From positions 1 to 60,332 of the IMG/VR virus record IMGVR_UViG_3300043772_002998: a stretch of 60,332 nt of DNA; one strand, given 5' to 3'. Of this stretch, positions 57,588 through 60,332 are shown one piece after another (the stretch's first letter is position 1; each line of letters opens with the position of its first letter). The notes beneath the pieces are model-generated. The model ran no database searches, was not told the origin of the DNA, and was given only the letters and a program-made list of their open reading frames with translations. Position numbers and translations under genes: made by a program. Source of the stretch: a virus (lineage: Duplodnaviria > Caudoviricetes).

Positions 57588-58613
57588 ATGACAACCGCCA
57601 TCACAGCGCCGATCATCACCGGCCCTGCCGTCTACGCCAACCTGCCCCGCGAGTCCTATGACGCCATGCGGGGGTGGAATGCAAGCCTGCTAAAAAAGGT
57701 TCTTGAAAAGACCTTGGGCCATGCCTGGTTTGAGTTTATCCGTCCCGACCGCGAACCCCAGGCCGACAAGGAGGAGTTCATCAAGGGCAACCAGCTGCAC
57801 ACCTTGACCCTGGAGCCGGAGATGTATGACAGCCGCTACGTGGTCGCGCCTGAATCGTTGCCTAGCCGACCGACGAAAAAGCAGCTTGAGGAACCCACGG
57901 CAAAGCCTGGCACCAAGACCCACGAAAGCTGGCTGGATGCCAAGGCCCGGGAGGCGGCATGGGTCGAGTGGGAGCGGACTTTGCCCGCCGATGTCAAGGT
58001 GGTTCCCGCCAGCTGGCACGATGAAGCCAGCGCATGGAACGCCGCCATCGCCCGCCATCGCCTCCTGGGCCCGCGGTTCACGCCTGAGTTTCGGCACCTG
58101 AACGAGCTGACGCTGACATACCTGGACCCGATCACGAAAGCACCCTGCAAGGCCCGACTAGACGCCCTGAGGATCTTTGATGACCACATCTGGATCGGCG
58201 ACCTCAAGACCGCCATGGCCGCCGGCAGCGTCTTCGAGCGGTCTGCCGCAAACCTCTGGTATCCCGTCGCCGCCACCTTCTACACCGATGCGGTGTTCCA
58301 CTGCCGCCCCCAACTGGAAAGCTACCTAGGGATGCCTGATGGCGCCCTGATCGGCCGTGAAGTCCAGTTTGAGTGGATCGCTATTGAGAAGACCGCGCCG
58401 CACTTCATTGAGCGGTTGCTGTTGGATAAAGAAGCGCTTGAAACCAGCCGGAAGCTTATCCGCCGGGCATTGGATGCTGTGGTCGCCGCTGATGCCGCAA
58501 ATTGGTGGCCTGCCTATTCCGATGAAGCCCGTCCGCTCCAGCTGCCCGGCTACTGGTTCCAGAATGCCGAACGGATCGCCGATCGGCTTGAATCCCTCCT
58601 TGTCGCCGGCTGA
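57588..58613 (+). CDS. RecE/exonuclease VIII-like PD-(D/E)XK nuclease (DUF3799-type)
   Basis: S.LK, G..LH...LEP, CKARLD, DLKT, Y...A.FY, F..IA.EK..P. Confidence 0.85.
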   Translation: MTTAITAPIITGPAVYANLPRESYDAMRGWNASLLKKVLEKTLGHAWFEFIRPDREPQADKEEFIKGNQLHTLTLEPEMYDSRYVVAPESLPSRPTKKQLEEPTAKPGTKTHESWLDAKAREAAWVEWERTLPADVKVVPASWHDEASAWNAAIARHRLLGPRFTPEFRHLNELTLTYLDPITKAPCKARLDALRIFDDHIWIGDLKTAMAAGSVFERSAANLWYPVAATFYTDAVFHCRPQLESYLGMPDGALIGREVQFEWIAIEKTAPHFIERLLLDKEALETSRKLIRRALDAVVAADAANWWPAYSDEARPLQLPGYWFQNAERIADRLESLLVAG

Positions 58614-58616
58614 TGG

Positions 58617-59097
58617 ATGACGGACGAATGGCACGTGTTGCTGCATCGGGATACCGGGCTGCGACGCTATCGGGTGCGGGCCACGGCGCAGGAAGCGTGC
58701 CAAGCAAACCGACGACTGGCGGATTCTGGCAGCCAGCTACGGTTTGTGGCGGAACGGCTCACGGGGCATGGGGTGGAGCGGGAGGCCCCTGCTGACGATC
58801 GGTAACCACCCCCGCCCCATGTTGCCCCGCTGTTACATCGGCGGGGCTTTTTGCTGGCCATTGCCTGGCGGCTGGGTAGGGTGAGAGTGACCGCAGGGGA
58901 GGCCCTGCGCAGCATCCCAGACCATGACCGCTACCACCCCCCAGCAACGCCGCCGGCCCCTATGGCGCGTGGTCACGAGCACCGGCCAGCTTGACCTCTA
59001 CGCCCCGGACCGGCGGGAGGCGATCCTATGCGGGCTGGAACTGCTGGGGCCCGGTGCGGCGCTTGTGCGATGCTCGCTGCTGGAGGAATGGAGCTAG
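58617..59097 (+). CDS. Two small hypothetical genes (58617-58805, 58924-59097)
   Basis: Short ORFs separated by a terminator hairpin at about 58823-58852. Confidence 0.45.
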
Positions 59098-59100
59098 CCC

Positions 59101-59826
59101 CTACTGGGGCCGCACATCCAGCGCCCACCCGGTGGCGGGGCCGTCAGCTTCCCAGCGGCGGCCCCAGTTTTTCCGGCTGTAGTGGATGCCGGCGCCGTTG
59201 CTGTGGTTGACGTAGCCGCCGCCGATCAGATCGGCTTCGCCGTTGGGGTCGTTGTGGATCCAGTCGGTGGGGGTGCAGCCGATCACCACGGTCCAATGGC
59301 CGCCGATCTTCTTGATACTCGTGATGGGCCCCTGGTGGAACCAGCCGACGGGCACGGGCCGGCCCGCGGCCAGGGCGCCCTCAAGGAATGCCGGGGTGCA
59401 GTTCGTCACCAGCCTGGCGGAGAGGCCCAGATGGCGCAGGGTGGCAATCTGCGCGTTGGCGTCGGTGGTATCGCCGAACTTGGCGCGGATCTTGTTGTAG
59501 GCATCGTCTGAGCCGATCTTCCCGTAGAACGCCGCGACCATGGCGCAGCTGCTGCTGAAGCACTCGCGATAGCCGGTGCCGCTGGCGTTGTCGTTCTGGC
59601 TGAAGTAGGGCACCCGCAGGACCGTGGGTGTCGGCTGCTTGCCGCCCGTGCTCCAGGTGGCGAACCACGACTCAGAGCGGCGCATCACATCGACGTAGGG
59701 CCTGCCCTTCATCAGTTCCGCCTCAAGCTCCACGATGGCGGCATCCTGCCGGGCGGCGGCCTCGGTGCCTGCGGCGGCCTTGTATCGCCAGAGCTGCTGG
59801 AAGGTGATCGGTGCTGGATTCGTCAT
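59101..59826 (-). CDS. C39-like cysteine peptidase, probable endolysin
   Basis: L.VPYFSQ.DN...RECFSSSCAM, GHW.VVIG, HNDP.G (Cys-His-Asp triad). Confidence 0.82.
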   Translation of the reverse strand: MTNPAPITFQQLWRYKAAAGTEAAARQDAAIVELEAELMKGRPYVDVMRRSESWFATWSTGGKQPTPTVLRVPYFSQNDNASGTGYRECFSSSCAMVAAFYGKIGSDDAYNKIRAKFGDTTDANAQIATLRHLGLSARLVTNCTPAFLEGALAAGRPVPVGWFHQGPITSIKKIGGHWTVVIGCTPTDWIHNDPNGEADLIGGGYVNHSNGAGIHYSRKNWGRRWEADGPATGWALDVRPQ

Positions 59827-60158
59827 GGTGTGGTGTAGTTGGGGTCAGGTTCGCCGGCTCGCGGGTCGCGCAGCGCCGGATTGAGGGTGTTGTAGCCATC
59901 GCGCCACGAGGCCCGGGCATGTTGGCCCGAGAGGCCCGCCACCAGCGCCAGGGGCCCGGTTGCCCCTAGGCCAGACAGCGAAATGCCTTTCTCCCAGCAT
60001 TGCTGCACCTCCCCACCGGCACGCCGACAATCCCAGATGTAGCCCGCGCCAATGGCGATATTGATACTGACAACCCCCACCGCAACGATTGCACCAAGCA
60101 CGGCAAACGTCGTGATGGATGCCGGCTCGGCAGATGGCGTTGTCACGCGATCACTCAT
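59823..60158 (-). CDS. Membrane protein (holin candidate)
   Basis: Two hydrophobic segments; upstream of the lysin; late motif at 60207-60215. Confidence 0.6.
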   Translation of the reverse strand: MSDRVTTPSAEPASITTFAVLGAIVAVGVVSINIAIGAGYIWDCRRAGGEVQQCWEKGISLSGLGATGPLALVAGLSGQHARASWRDGYNTLNPALRDPRAGEPDPNYTTP

Positions 60159-60242
60159 CACCAGCTCCGGCAGGTTTTGGCACAATCCTTGTGTGAGCCT
60201 TGCCCTTAGCTTTCCAGCAAAAGCCCAGATGCAACCTCGTGT

Positions 60243-60332
60243 CTATGGCGGATGAGAAGGATTAGACGGCCCAAGCATTTGCGGGGGGGGGGGGGCAGAA
60301 CGCCGCTCTAGTTGTAACAAATCCCTTTTATT
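60243..60332 (-). CDS. C-terminal continuation of the junction-spanning ORF
   Basis: NKRDLLQLERRSAPPPPQMLGPSNPSHPP-stop, in frame with 376-1. Confidence 0.65.
   Translation of the reverse strand, partial: NKRDLLQLERRSAPPPPQMLGPSNPSHPP
60302..60332. repeat. Terminal imperfect direct repeat, right copy
   Basis: 27/31 identity to 1-31. Confidence 0.9.

Overview
The window looks like a complete or near-complete, circularly permuted genome (about 60.3 kb, GC-rich) of a siphovirus-like tailed phage. The host is most likely a picocyanobacterium (Synechococcus/Cyanobium type), inferred from a cyanobacterial-type AbrB, a SigF-like sigma factor, a C39-type lysin and a cyanobacterial-type vanadium haloperoxidase homologue. 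The two ends overlap by 31 bp (27/31 identical) and one ORF reads across the junction. Minus strand 30.0 kb to 1 holds packaging, head, tail and fibre genes. 30-41 kb holds small early genes, dCTP deaminase and a sulfotransferase-like gene. 41-59 kb holds a lambda-O-like initiator with iterons, a DNA methyltransferase, a Holliday resolvase, AbrB and RecT/RecE. No integrase, clear repressor, tRNA or CRISPR was seen. Main observations: (1) a phage-encoded vanadium-dependent haloperoxidase homologue with all vanadate-binding motifs, translationally coupled to a collapsed methyltransferase remnant; (2) a probable late regulon made of a phage sigma factor between terL and portal plus 16 oriented GGAAA(G/C/A)CT motifs in front of late genes; (3) four very basic, separately promoted late proteins; (4) GGCGCGATGCC hairpins in the scaffold and capsid leaders; (5) tandem promoter-terminator units that look like small RNA genes; (6) a lambda-type GGGAAAG frameshift in the tail chaperone. 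All family assignments come from motif recognition by eye, not from database searches.
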